DNA from: Gallionella sp.
GTDB taxonomy: Bacteria; Pseudomonadota; Gammaproteobacteria; Burkholderiales; Gallionellaceae
DNA length: 64,000 nt
NCBI GenBank assembly: GCA_028699065.1
Contig: JAQVVH010000004.1
Coordinates: forward strand, 1,589-65,588
Direction: 5' to 3'
Part shown: positions 44,401-52,405 of the stretch, piece after piece
How positions within the stretch are numbered: the stretch's first letter is position 1
Layout: each line of letters opens with the position of its first letter
Notes under the pieces: generated by a model
Told to the model about the DNA's origin: nothing
What the model saw: the letters and a program-made list of their open reading frames with translations, nothing else
The model's database searches: none
Translations under genes and position numbers: made by a program

Positions 44401-46967
44401 GCGAGTGGGCGACCAAGCTGCGCACCGCCGGCGTGATGTACTTCATCGGCGGCTCGATCAGCGGCGCCGCCGTGAACACGCTGTCGATCCCCATGGTACT
44501 GGTGCCGCGCCTGTCGCTGCACACCGACTACCTGAACGCCTCAATGACCTCGCTCAAGGCGTGGAAGGACTCGTGGCAGCACTACAACGTCCTGCGCGAC
44601 ATGGACAGGATGAAGAACCCCGACGCCGAGACCGCGGCGAAGCTGGACGCCGCCGGCATTACTAAGGAGATGCGCGCCTCCATCGTCGCCGCCGCCGATC
44701 ACATCTTCGACACCGAGATCCACCAGATGCTCGGCATCAGCCAGGGCTCGCTGTACTCCAAGAGCCGCAACGTGCAGCGCGCCGCCGAGGCGTGGATGGC
44801 ACCGTTCCGCGTGGCAGAACAGACCAACCGCTTGGCGTCGTTCATCGCCGCCTACAAGGTCGCCACCACTGGCGACGGTGTGAAGCAGGCCGATGGCACG
44901 TTCAAGCGACTCAGCGGGCAGGAACTGTTCCGCTTCGCAGGCGAAATGGTCGACGCTACGCAGAACAACTACAACGCCTGTGTAGACACCGACACAGAGT
45001 GTCTGACTGAAAAAGGCTGGCGCCGGTATGATGGGGTCAAAGCAGGCGACACGTTGTATGGAGTAGATCACGAAGGCGGGCTGGTCGAGACTATAGCGCG
45101 CCAAGTGAATGTGTTCCCCGGCGCACAACCCATATTGCGGTTCCGAAACGGGCGGAAGTTCGAGATGGTAGTGACGGAGAACCATGACTGCGTAGTTCAA
45201 AACTACAACAGCCGCGATAAGAAGTGGCAGAAGGTGCGGAAAGTTCCTGCAGGACATATTAAGCATAGCCACCACATGCTTCGGTCCCCGCTGCATGGGG
45301 AACTCGCTCGCGCAGAGACATATAGCGACGCCTTTGTGGAACTTCTAGGGTGGGTAGCGTCTGAAGGGTCATATGGAAAACTGACTACCCCAGGGCAGAT
45401 TGGCGATGTGAAAATATCACAGAGCCGAAGCCACAATCCGCAATATGTGATAGCGATAGAGTCCCTGTTGCAAGTGTTGGGCATGAAATATCGGAGGTAT
45501 GACAATCCGCATAAGGAGCACCCGAGCGGGCGCCCGCACGACATGGTCACTTTCACCATACAGGCGCCGGACTCGTGGAGAATACGAGAAGCGCTTCCGG
45601 ATAAGCGCGTAACCCCTGCGTTCGTGCGGAATCTCACAACCCCGCAGATGGCGTTGTTCTTGGCGTCGTTCACGCAGGGGGATGGGCACATCCCGCTCGT
45701 TGCCGGCAGTGGGCCGGTAATTACACAGAAATCACAGGAGACAATTGACGCGTTGCAGATGATGGCCACGCTGGCTGGGGTCACGTCTACGACGCATAAG
45801 GCGGCCGGGTTGGATTGGCACACCTTGTATTTGGGGGTAGCATCCAAACGCAGTCATATGCGTGCTATGCAAGTGACCAAGGGGGAAGTCGATACTGTGT
45901 GGTGCCCGACTACTGGTTGTGGCACATGGATCGCGCGGCGTAACGGGCGGGTGTTCGTGACTGGGAATTCAAATCGCCCGGGCATCATGAACAACCCGGT
46001 CGGTGCCCTGATGTTCCAGTTCAAGTCGTTCCCGCTGTTCATTATCGAAGCCGCGGCGCTGATGTATAAGCAGAGCCCGAAGTCCGCCGTCTACATGCTG
46101 CTGGGCCTCGTCGCGATGTCCGGCGTGCAGGGTCTGCCGTTCGCCGAGGAGATACTGAACCTCGTCGACGTCATCTCGCAGCGCCTGTTCGGATCGCCGT
46201 TCAACAGTCGCCGCGCCATGCGCAACGCCATCAAGACGGCATCCGACGCCGTTGGCGTCATGGACCTGTCCAACGCCGTCATGCGCGGCATGGTCAATGA
46301 GATCACCGGAGTCAACATCGCTACCCGGGTGTCGGGCGGCCTCCTGCCGGGAACGCGCATCGGCGCCGCCGACGCCACCGAAGGCCGTGTGCTGTCCGAG
46401 ATCGCCGGCGCCCCGTTCTCGATGGTGCAGGACACGATGAGCAACGTCGGCGGGTTCGTCAGCGGCGTCGCCACGGGCGACTGGCAGAAGGCGGCAGACG
46501 CCCTGCGCGCCGGCGGCCCGATCGCTGTGCGCAACGCCGTCAAGGGTGCCGAGCAGCTCAGTCAGGGCTACGCCAGCGACTCCAAGGGGCGGAAGGTCGC
46601 CGACGTGTCGACGGTGGACGGCCTGCTGCAACTGACGGGGCTGTCGTCCGCCGCCGTGCAGAAGATGAACGACATGCAGAGCATCATCATCCAGACCAAG
46701 GCGTTCCACACGCAGGTCAATCAGGACATGCAGAACCGCCTGGTCAAGGCCTACCGCGACGGCGACCAGGAGCGCATCCGCGAGACCCTCGACTTCGCCG
46801 CCAAGTGGAACGAGCAGAACCCGGCCATGCCGATCCTGCCCAACCCGTCGGCGCTGCGCCGCCAGATCGCGCTGGCCGGCATGCCGCTGAACCGTCGCGA
46901 GCAAGTGATGCTAGGGCGCCGGCTGGGCGGCGCGTTCGCCGATGTGACAGACCAGATGGCGGAATGA
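38433..46967 (+). CDS. Giant polyvalent virion/ejection protein with two HExxH modules, a PLxRFG-like motif and an intein
   Basis: 2844-aa ORF; HEAHH, HEGYH, FIEEIQSDW and YVPLRRYGDY motifs; intein at codon 2183. Confidence 0.75.
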   Translation: MADPLDLLAGDAGLDVTQPVAGADLLADPNAPGPFARGVKSGVAGVKGSLYGMGALAARGAANVLPAAAAPVATGLEQAALENVAAQNEIASQGAMSFEDVVADPSRAGEYFKFLLGNAVPSLAAMATGGGIGAGIGALAARGSAAALTARALGAVAPAVRTGALVGAVAPDFALEAGSIYPEALKTGVENPALRSVAGGAAAAALDFIPLLAAEKYLKPIGAGGIGALAKGALKGAPVGAALEGTQEALQSVVERGAAGNSLTDPAAVSDYINSFAGGAAPGAMFGAGIGARRQSVAPAAVPPVAETAPIVPDSGMIVPDSGTPAPASITPEALHADLTAQHAAATQQVTDHTALLGTLQQAQAEGEAKIKALAAEAKLPPGERRIKSEILAEKKDMAAQVKEVKAKIEEVGGQLNAARTTIGTLTPQLEAARQALPPAPLPEGTVPDLVQPEITPRAAPVVSDIIADPNLPPPTPAEQTDRAVKGVHALFREQGMPLTTTEESLATPPQTPREVALAKVEQRQPRESVPQASPAQMQAIEANAMSVIEPLAKTMAATKTKTPEAQAKVAAKLAKAMRGVVQEAAKQGSIEAAQQYVTDKLPNALKGHGVTADATDMAKAVNAGVGLARTLYSKGATKPATEVSKEQLGAAFGYFDPSTGNTYVREDLPPAVKRFVSAHEAHHATQDPEFMKKHPALAEIAASVFPGFKDPIGLMATMKASLTPERLKFYLDRVRGEQNSRAALTQDEFDALPEPAQFAAVDAYNRVMRAKGTALRQRMAQLIGDRPELKIMTFSATPDSPIGSYTRTGPLKAAISMALNAKEGLSVADHEGYHFAEDWLLTPGERRVAANALKAGKPLYTQLVARLQQYDRENGTSLTDEVTAIPAEARAYAFEFWRRGEFKADGALAKAWQKIKTFFERIVNAVNGLGFQSIEDVFVALDRGQMAEREMVAGDGGAFQSVAGGQSWYRSALTEAVAGIQSRQATAQGWKDQIKGLIANGKAKQVELDAVGLNEWLDLQQGKVTKDQVMAFLGENGVQVRETILGSAMPQARQDEYQQRLRDIEDMRDLGGRISHDEARRQIDALQQEFKVGEYGDPFDSTKFAAYQLPGGENYRELLLTLPAKQATQFFIAYKGDSTMGTGFATRQEAEAELADTFPGRNDLEVREGTGDRSTTTRTPENFRSSHFDQPNILAHIRFNERTGAEGKRVLFIEEIQSDWAQKGRKEGFASAAKPLKDITTEELRGILASLPQPTAQERAENYASDYEASADAIFELITANRTGELEGYDRIDRTSILRDVLVGDHNWTEQAANTLQQKLDGYGAIRAGTPSAPFVTKTEAWTALALKRMIRYAAENGFDSIAWTTGEQQAARYDLSKQVDHVAHYKDGSGHLRVAVQGMNGEEVWNAYDPTPKELEDTLGKEIAGKIANDEGADSGAGVKILRGLDLKVGGEGMKGYYDKIVVGVANDILKKLGGGKVGEVTINQDHDASQNTEKEWDEGVARWHLKRGGEIYVVDKNGMETRIKNELTLNAELDENGAPRGYVLGDTQGSSTQPGFTITPRLAENAANGLPLFSKAAVAKANRMAAGELEAMQSGEQYAHLIENANLSNDLFTRAFGVVKEDIVGGLGRWWTNTMSTPNYISAASAGFKNVYQAFNTYSRYRKILAEQLVRERLPSWYQASDADRKAAFDVMLKRTVGKFSTNSLELADLLRTLTPQQRTLYDQATGMIAGVLQRQFESQKVERQRQLTSPGAYDKWLAHRQEQMASLLDTGYVPLRRYGDYSVSVYMEAPDGSRVQAGLEFFASPSAAKAASIAYAREIERSGVALKVEMGRRSKNERDTGVSLEQFLGTLRRQGVDISQAERERLVVAMTNADSLVRTQMMRREGLAGYSTDGMRVLHEFGVNTTSEIAYARFAPVLDAALDGAEVTADVNSVTSEPVIQIGEAFGRREDGVENNLWKRDGPMSGFYKDRANAMADTTLSPDRQSEWATKLRTAGVMYFIGGSISGAAVNTLSIPMVLVPRLSLHTDYLNASMTSLKAWKDSWQHYNVLRDMDRMKNPDAETAAKLDAAGITKEMRASIVAAADHIFDTEIHQMLGISQGSLYSKSRNVQRAAEAWMAPFRVAEQTNRLASFIAAYKVATTGDGVKQADGTFKRLSGQELFRFAGEMVDATQNNYNACVDTDTECLTEKGWRRYDGVKAGDTLYGVDHEGGLVETIARQVNVFPGAQPILRFRNGRKFEMVVTENHDCVVQNYNSRDKKWQKVRKVPAGHIKHSHHMLRSPLHGELARAETYSDAFVELLGWVASEGSYGKLTTPGQIGDVKISQSRSHNPQYVIAIESLLQVLGMKYRRYDNPHKEHPSGRPHDMVTFTIQAPDSWRIREALPDKRVTPAFVRNLTTPQMALFLASFTQGDGHIPLVAGSGPVITQKSQETIDALQMMATLAGVTSTTHKAAGLDWHTLYLGVASKRSHMRAMQVTKGEVDTVWCPTTGCGTWIARRNGRVFVTGNSNRPGIMNNPVGALMFQFKSFPLFIIEAAALMYKQSPKSAVYMLLGLVAMSGVQGLPFAEEILNLVDVISQRLFGSPFNSRRAMRNAIKTASDAVGVMDLSNAVMRGMVNEITGVNIATRVSGGLLPGTRIGAADATEGRVLSEIAGAPFSMVQDTMSNVGGFVSGVATGDWQKAADALRAGGPIAVRNAVKGAEQLSQGYASDSKGRKVADVSTVDGLLQLTGLSSAAVQKMNDMQSIIIQTKAFHTQVNQDMQNRLVKAYRDGDQERIRETLDFAAKWNEQNPAMPILPNPSALRRQIALAGMPLNRREQVMLGRRLGGAFADVTDQMAE
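44979..45968 (+). mobile_element. Intein (330 aa) with in-frame LAGLIDADG endonuclease
   Basis: C1 CVDTDTECLT..GW, block B VTENHDC, LLGWVASEG and FLASFTQGDG, terminal WCP...VTGN followed by Ser; codon usage differs from the flanks. Confidence 0.92.
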
Positions 46968-46976
46968 TACAATAGA
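46965..46976 (+). promoter_or_regulatory. TGATACAATAGA extended -10 motif, copy 3
   Basis: Identical 12-mer; TGA is the stop of the upstream gene. Confidence 0.6.
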
Positions 46977-46990
46977 ATGAAAGGCCTACC

Positions 46991-47578
46991 ATGAGCTGCG
47001 ACACCACCATTGACTTCTGTGTGCGAACCGGCGCGACGTTCGAGGCGGTGTTTCAGTGTGCCACCGACGAGCTCACGACAGTCGCGATCACGGCCATCAC
47101 CAAGGCGGCACCGCCAGTCATCACGGCAGCCGCGCATGGCATGCCCGACGCCTGGGAAGCCGCGGTCGTGTCCGCTGGTGGCATGACCCGCATCAACGCC
47201 GAGAACTACCCGCCCCGCGGCCGGGACTGGAAGCGCGCCCGCGCGGCATCCATCAACACGGTCGAGCTGTCCGACTGCAACTCGGCAGGGTACTCTGCCT
47301 ACACCTCGGGCGGGTTTCTGGTGTACAGCACGCCGAAGTCGCTGGCCGGCGCGACGGCGCGAATGGTCATACGCGATGCCCCGATCGACGGCACCGTGCT
47401 GGCGACACTGACCAGCAGCCCGGCGGCAGGCCTGACCGTCAACGACTCAGCCAAGACAATCACGGCGGCGCTGGCAACCGCTGCGCTGACGTGGAGCACC
47501 GGGTACTACGATCTCGAAGTGACGGACTCGGCAGGCGTCATCACGCAGCCGGCGACCGGCACGATAACCATCACTTAG
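46991..47578 (+). CDS. Putative tail-associated protein
   Basis: R.GATF N-terminus, AITAITKAAPPVITAAAHG segment, YYDLEV C-terminus typical of tail accessory proteins. Confidence 0.55.
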   Translation: MSCDTTIDFCVRTGATFEAVFQCATDELTTVAITAITKAAPPVITAAAHGMPDAWEAAVVSAGGMTRINAENYPPRGRDWKRARAASINTVELSDCNSAGYSAYTSGGFLVYSTPKSLAGATARMVIRDAPIDGTVLATLTSSPAAGLTVNDSAKTITAALATAALTWSTGYYDLEVTDSAGVITQPATGTITIT

Positions 47579-47587
47579 GAGGGCATC

Positions 47588-47635
47588 ATGGCACTGACCG
47601 GATACAAACCCGCGCGAGATAAGCAATGGGCATGA
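47588..47635 (+). CDS. 15-codon mini-ORF coupled to the fibre gene
   Basis: AGGAGG RBS, MALTGYKPARDKQWA; stop forms an ATGA overlap with ATG 47632. Confidence 0.35.
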   Translation: MALTGYKPARDKQWA

Positions 47636-49200
47636 TGACAGTTTGGAGAGGTAGCACAGCGAGCCCCACCACCCTCGACGACGCAGTGCTGTACGCCCCC
47701 CGCACATCCTCAATCACTCAATCCCGAGGCTCCGGCACGCCTACAATTACCCGAGCTACTGTGGCGACGGTCACGAACAATGACGGCTATCTGGTCACTG
47801 CGCTGTCAGGAGAGTTGAGACAGCAGGGGGCGATGCGGATTGCAAGTCGGATATTTGGCACCAGCGAAGATTTAAGCAATGCCACGTATTGGAAAGGTGC
47901 TGGCGCGGCGACACTATCAGCCTCTAAAACGGTTACAGCCCCGAATGGCGCGGCTAACGATGCTTGGGCTATAACCGTGACGGGCGGAGCAGCGACTCGC
48001 GGATTCGGAAATAACAACAACACAAACTGGGCCGCTGGCGCAATAGCCCAAGCAAGCATCTGGTTGAAAGTTCCATCCGGGACGGTTGCAACCAATTTGT
48101 CAGCACAAGGATCAGATGTCGCAGGGAACGCAGCTATAACAATAACTACCACGTGGCAACAATTTTCTGTTGGGGCGCAATCAGTCGGCGGAAAGCTGAA
48201 GTGGCCGGTCTTAGTAAACGGTGGAATTACAGACGGCCAAATCATCCATGCGTGGCATCCGATGTGCGTCGACATCACCGGCGAAAGCGACCAGAGCACG
48301 ATCAGGCCGTATGTCAGCGTAGGCGTTCTCTCAGCCCCTTATCACGGCGCAGGTGTTGATGGCGTCAAGTACTTCAACACTGACATATCCGGCAATCCCA
48401 TCCCCGCTGCAACGCTTGATGGCAGTGTGGTAGAAGCAGCGGCGACACAGTATCTCGGCGTGACAGGAACCCCAGCTACGCAGACTACAGCAAGCCTTGG
48501 AACTGGAACCTACACGCTCTGGTGCGAAGGAACAGGAAGCTGTATCGCCTCTGCTGGAACTGCGACGATCACAGGCGCTGCGGCGGCTTCTGCAGGCGCT
48601 CCAGATCAATTCGAGGTCACTGTCGCCGGTACTGTAACGGTTACGGTCACTGGTAGTCTGACCACGTTCAACCTGACCAATACCCCCTATCAGACAAGCT
48701 ACATCCTGAACGCCGGAGCGGCAGGAACAAGCACGACCCGCAACAAAGATGTCCTCGACGACCAAGTATCCGGCAACCTGACAGCCGCAGCCGGTAGCGT
48801 AGCTTTCCAATGGACGCCATCACACGCACCGAGTGGGACTATTGCTCTTGCTGGCAGTTATGTGGATGCGAGCAACTACACCGCACTGCTGCATGACGCC
48901 ACGAAGTACATATTCCGCAAGCGTATCGCAGGAACGAATTACGACGCTGAACTGACTGCTGCTTTCGTCTCCGGCACAACCTACAGCATCGCTCTGACGT
49001 GGGGGGCATCCGGTTCTAACCTCGTTGTAGATGGCGTGCTAGGAACTCCTCACGCGAACACTACCGCTGCTCAACTCGGCACCCGCTGGCAATGGGGTGC
49101 TGATGGTAATGGCGGACAGCAGGCAGGGGCGTGCTTCAAGGAGAAGTATCTCTGGGCGCGCGCATTGAGTGATTCCGAAATGCAGGCGATTACTTCGTGA
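47626..49200 (+). CDS. Fibre/spike protein with lectin (LamG-like) C-terminus
   Basis: TITRATVAT, TSYI...TTRNKD motifs of phage spike-fibre domains; likely start at 47632. Confidence 0.6.
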   Translation: MGMMTVWRGSTASPTTLDDAVLYAPRTSSITQSRGSGTPTITRATVATVTNNDGYLVTALSGELRQQGAMRIASRIFGTSEDLSNATYWKGAGAATLSASKTVTAPNGAANDAWAITVTGGAATRGFGNNNNTNWAAGAIAQASIWLKVPSGTVATNLSAQGSDVAGNAAITITTTWQQFSVGAQSVGGKLKWPVLVNGGITDGQIIHAWHPMCVDITGESDQSTIRPYVSVGVLSAPYHGAGVDGVKYFNTDISGNPIPAATLDGSVVEAAATQYLGVTGTPATQTTASLGTGTYTLWCEGTGSCIASAGTATITGAAAASAGAPDQFEVTVAGTVTVTVTGSLTTFNLTNTPYQTSYILNAGAAGTSTTRNKDVLDDQVSGNLTAAAGSVAFQWTPSHAPSGTIALAGSYVDASNYTALLHDATKYIFRKRIAGTNYDAELTAAFVSGTTYSIALTWGASGSNLVVDGVLGTPHANTTAAQLGTRWQWGADGNGGQQAGACFKEKYLWARALSDSEMQAITS

Positions 49201-49568
49201 AAGCCTTCACCCCAATCGCGGCAATAGCCGCTGCCCTGCTGCTCAGTGGATGCGCTACTCCGCAGATCCGCATGTCGTCCGTCGAGGGCATTCAATTCGT
49301 GGAACACTTGGACGAGCGCGAGAATCCCTGCGGGGCGTATCCCGGCTGTTATCAGATGGTCCGCGGCGCCCATCATGTCTGGTATTCCTCTGTCGCGCCG
49401 TACCAGGTTGTCAAGCATGAACGCGACCATGTTCTCGGGATGTGGCACACGCCTTGGGTAAGCAACATGTTCGGGCGTTGGTGCTCAACCGTGACGATCA
49501 CCGGGACTGCAAAGTACCAAGCAGGGCAGACGATCTGCCACGATGGGGAACAAGAGATCGTTTTTTAG
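49197..49568 (+). CDS. Small lipoprotein with HExxHxxGxxH zinc motif
   Basis: Lipobox LLSGC; HERDHVLGMWH at 49416-49448. Confidence 0.6.
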   Translation: MKAFTPIAAIAAALLLSGCATPQIRMSSVEGIQFVEHLDERENPCGAYPGCYQMVRGAHHVWYSSVAPYQVVKHERDHVLGMWHTPWVSNMFGRWCSTVTITGTAKYQAGQTICHDGEQEIVF

Positions 49569-49579
49569 GAGTAATAATA

Positions 49580-50605
49580 ATGTCCGAGCCGAAGAAAAAC
49601 ACAGCGTTCACTTTCGCGATTGGGCTGGGGAGTCGGCTGGCGAGGCCGGCATTCCAAGCTGCGCCGACGCTTGCTGCCGGGGATTTCAAGGTGTCGATCG
49701 ACGGCGGCGCGTTCACCAACCTCGCAACGCTGCCGACCGTAACGCCAGCAGGCGGGACGCGAGTGCAGATTGCGATGTCTGCCGCCGAAATGAACGGCGA
49801 CAACATTATGGTGCAGTGCATCGATGCAGCGGGGGGCGAGTGGGATGACGTGATTATCACGTTCGACTTGTCGGTGAGGAATGCTGACGACCTCGCCACT
49901 CCAACCAACATCACGGCGGGGGTCATCACGACAGTCACCAACCTGACCAACGCACCCACTGCCGGCGACCTCACGGCCACCATGAAGACCAGCGTGACCA
50001 CGGCGGCAACGGCAGCAACACCTACGGCTGCGGCAGTGACAGGGGCGGTAGGTAGCGTCACTGGCGCTGTCGGCTCAGTGACAGGGGCGGTAGGTAGCGT
50101 CACTGGCGCTGTCGGCTCTGTGACCGCTGGCGTTACCGTGACCACCAACAACGACAAGACCGGCTACGGCCTGTCCTCTGCCGCAGTGCAAGCGATCTGG
50201 GACGCGCTGACCTCGGCATTGACCACAGTTGGAAGTATCGGCAAATGGATCGTCGACAAACTGGACATAGCTGTTTCAACGAGGCTGGCGACAGTAGGAT
50301 ATACCGCCCCGCTTGATGCGGCGGGAACTCGCACGGCCGTCGGGCTGGCGACCGCCAACCTGGACACGCAGCTTGGCGACCTCCCCACCAACGCCGAACT
50401 GACCACAGCCCTCGGAACCGCTGACGACGCGGTGTTGGCACAGGTGGCGCTGGTGAAGGCCAAGACCGACCTGATACCAGCTTCGTTCCCGACGAACTTC
50501 TCCGCGACCGTTATCTCTGCGACGGGTGATGTGTCTGTGGATGTCAACAAGATCAACGGGGTGACTATCATCGGTGACGGCAGCGCAACGCCGTTCAATG
50601 TATGA
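49580..50605 (+). CDS. Putative tail fibre/structural protein
   Basis: AGGAG RBS; GDFKVSIDGGAF motif; VTGAVGS repeats. Confidence 0.55.
   Translation: MSEPKKNTAFTFAIGLGSRLARPAFQAAPTLAAGDFKVSIDGGAFTNLATLPTVTPAGGTRVQIAMSAAEMNGDNIMVQCIDAAGGEWDDVIITFDLSVRNADDLATPTNITAGVITTVTNLTNAPTAGDLTATMKTSVTTAATAATPTAAAVTGAVGSVTGAVGSVTGAVGSVTGAVGSVTAGVTVTTNNDKTGYGLSSAAVQAIWDALTSALTTVGSIGKWIVDKLDIAVSTRLATVGYTAPLDAAGTRTAVGLATANLDTQLGDLPTNAELTTALGTADDAVLAQVALVKAKTDLIPASFPTNFSATVISATGDVSVDVNKINGVTIIGDGSATPFNV
50036..50119 (+). repeat. 42-bp tandem duplication encoding (VTGAVGS)x4
   Basis: Two 42-bp units differing only at the last base. Confidence 0.9.
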
Positions 50606-50778
50606 GCCTGACCGGCGGTGGCGTTTGGAAAGCGGGAGTGTGGGCACCGCCTGTGTGGGCAAGGGGCGTATGGTTCGAGTTCGCCGTCAGAAAGGGCATC
50701 CTGATTCGCGAAGAGTCGAACACCGTGATGCTGCGGTCCCGGACCGAACGAGTGATGCTGCGATCGTCGTCTGTATAG
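50602..50778 (+). CDS. Small Trp-repeat protein (58 aa, absent from ORF track)
   Basis: MSLTGGGVWKAGVWAPPVWARGVWFE; ATGA overlap. Confidence 0.5.
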   Translation: MSLTGGGVWKAGVWAPPVWARGVWFEFAVRKGILIREESNTVMLRSRTERVMLRSSSV

Positions 50779-50796
50779 CCAACAAGGAGAATAAAA

Positions 50797-51084
50797 ATGA
50801 CACACGGCCAGCGGAAATATGACGGACTCACCCTCGAAGAAAAGGTCGATGAGGCGCTGGCGATACTGGCCACGATCGCCTATGCGTTCCCCGACGGCCC
50901 GGAAGCCCACCGCTACGCGCACGAGGCCATGATCAAGGCGTCGGCTGCGCAGGAGCAGTTCTGGAATGAACTGAAACTCGACGTCGCCAAGAAAGGGCTG
51001 TGGGGTCTTCTCGTTATTATCGTTGGCCTCGTGTTGGCCGGGGCGGCGACTAAATTGGGCGTGCTGGCGGCGCTCGTCAAATGA
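50797..51084 (+). CDS. Membrane protein, putative holin/antiholin
   Basis: C-terminal TM segment; AAGGAG RBS; head of the lysis cassette. Confidence 0.5.
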   Translation: MTHGQRKYDGLTLEEKVDEALAILATIAYAFPDGPEAHRYAHEAMIKASAAQEQFWNELKLDVAKKGLWGLLVIIVGLVLAGAATKLGVLAALVK

Positions 51085-51338
51085 ACCTGATCGCCGAGTG
51101 GAAGCATGTCCTCAAGCACGCATGGAGTTTCCGGCTGATCGTACTATCCGGGCTGCTGGGCGGCGCAGAGGTCGTGCTGCCTATGTTCGTTGACGTGTTC
51201 CCGCGCAACGTGTTCGCCCTGCTCTCCATGACCGCTGCGATCGGGGGTGCCGTTGCCCGTGTGATTGATCAGCCGAAGATGGAGCGCCGCAAGTCGCCGC
51301 GCCCCTGGCCGGATTACCATCGAGCCGACTATGATTGA
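51081..51338 (+). CDS. Putative holin
   Basis: Two TM segments and basic C-terminus; directly before the endolysin. Confidence 0.65.
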   Translation: MNLIAEWKHVLKHAWSFRLIVLSGLLGGAEVVLPMFVDVFPRNVFALLSMTAAIGGAVARVIDQPKMERRKSPRPWPDYHRADYD

Positions 51339-51801
51339 TCGTCGCCGCGCCGGCGTCGCCGGCCTTGCCGCCAGCGCTACTGTCTTCGTGGCCATCCTCA
51401 TGCACGAGGGGTACAGCGGCACTGCATACGAGCCTGTCCCCGGCGACGTGCCTACGATCGGGTTCGGCACCACGGCGGGCGTCAAGCCGGGGGATCACAT
51501 CACGCCGCCACGCGCAGTCGCTCGTGCGCTGACGGATGTGCAGAAGTTCGAGGGCGCGCTCAAGACGTGCATCACGGTTCCGCTGGCGCAAGGAGAGTAT
51601 GATGCCTTCGTGAGCCTGTCCTATAACATTGGCCCGAGCGCGTTCTGTGGCAGTACACTGGTCAAGAAACTGAACAGCGGTGACTACACCGGCGCGTGTC
51701 TGGGGATCTTGGACTGGGATAAGTTCAAGGGCAAGCCGCTCAAAGGCTTGACGGTCCGGCGCCAGGCTGAGTACAAACTGTGCATGGGAGATCCATCATG
51801 A
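51331..51801 (+). CDS. GH24 lysozyme, SAR-type endolysin
   Basis: E-x8-D-x5-T triad (HEG..GDVPTIGFGTT); Ala/Gly-rich hydrophobic N-terminus; start at 51331. Confidence 0.9.
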   Translation: MIDRRRAGVAGLAASATVFVAILMHEGYSGTAYEPVPGDVPTIGFGTTAGVKPGDHITPPRAVARALTDVQKFEGALKTCITVPLAQGEYDAFVSLSYNIGPSAFCGSTLVKKLNSGDYTGACLGILDWDKFKGKPLKGLTVRRQAEYKLCMGDPS

Positions 51802-51875
51802 TCACCGTCCTGCTCGTCGTGCTGGCGGTCTGGGTAGCACAATTCCTGTACGTTATGTGGGAGAATAGGCAATGA
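51798..51875 (+). CDS. 25-aa single-TM peptide in the lysis cassette
   Basis: MITVLLVVLAVWVAQFLYVMWENRQ; ATGA overlaps at both ends. Confidence 0.45.
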   Translation: MITVLLVVLAVWVAQFLYVMWENRQ

Positions 51876-52393
51876 ACTTCTTACTTGGCCTCTTCACCAA
51901 GAACCCCATGGTGATCCTATGGGTCATGCTGGCCGCCTTTATCGCGGGTGGCGTGTCGGGCGGCGGCGCGGCCTGGACGGTGCAGGGGTGGCGGCTGGAT
52001 GCGGTGCAGGCCAAGTTCGATGGCTTCGTCGCGACGGCCAAGGCCGAAGGCGAAGCCGCGCAGACGCTGAAAGCCGCACAGGAGAAGAAGGACAAACTCA
52101 ACAAGGAGCAGACTGATGCTGAAACCAAACTTTCTCTCGATACTCTGCGCGCTGACAATAAGCGCCTGCGCAACGAATCCCGTGCCCGTGGCAATTTCGT
52201 GCCCAGTACCGCCTCCAATCCCAGCGACATTACTAGAGCCTGTTTCGATCGGCCCCAGCTTGAGTCAGCAATACAACGTTTGGATTCAGGAGTTTCGGGA
52301 CTCGTTGACAAAGGCAGCGAAGCCGTAGTCAAGTTGAACGCCGCGAAGGTCTGGGCACTGCGCATGTCCGATACCCTCACCCCTCGTAAATAA
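51872..52393 (+). CDS. Rz: Inner-membrane spanin
   Basis: N-terminal TM plus coiled coil; embedded lipoprotein ORF. Confidence 0.8.
   Translation: MNFLLGLFTKNPMVILWVMLAAFIAGGVSGGGAAWTVQGWRLDAVQAKFDGFVATAKAEGEAAQTLKAAQEKKDKLNKEQTDAETKLSLDTLRADNKRLRNESRARGNFVPSTASNPSDITRACFDRPQLESAIQRLDSGVSGLVDKGSEAVVKLNAAKVWALRMSDTLTPRK
52116..52328 (+). CDS. Rz1: Outer-membrane spanin lipoprotein embedded in Rz
   Basis: Lipobox ISAC, Pro-rich CPVPPPIP; different frame inside Rz. Confidence 0.8.
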   Translation: MLKPNFLSILCALTISACATNPVPVAISCPVPPPIPATLLEPVSIGPSLSQQYNVWIQEFRDSLTKAAKP

Positions 52394-52405
52394 AGGAGCT
52401 CCACC

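Noticed and set aside
47626-50605. Diversity-generating retroelement acting on the fibre genes
   Set aside because: No reverse transcriptase and no template/variable repeat pair recognised
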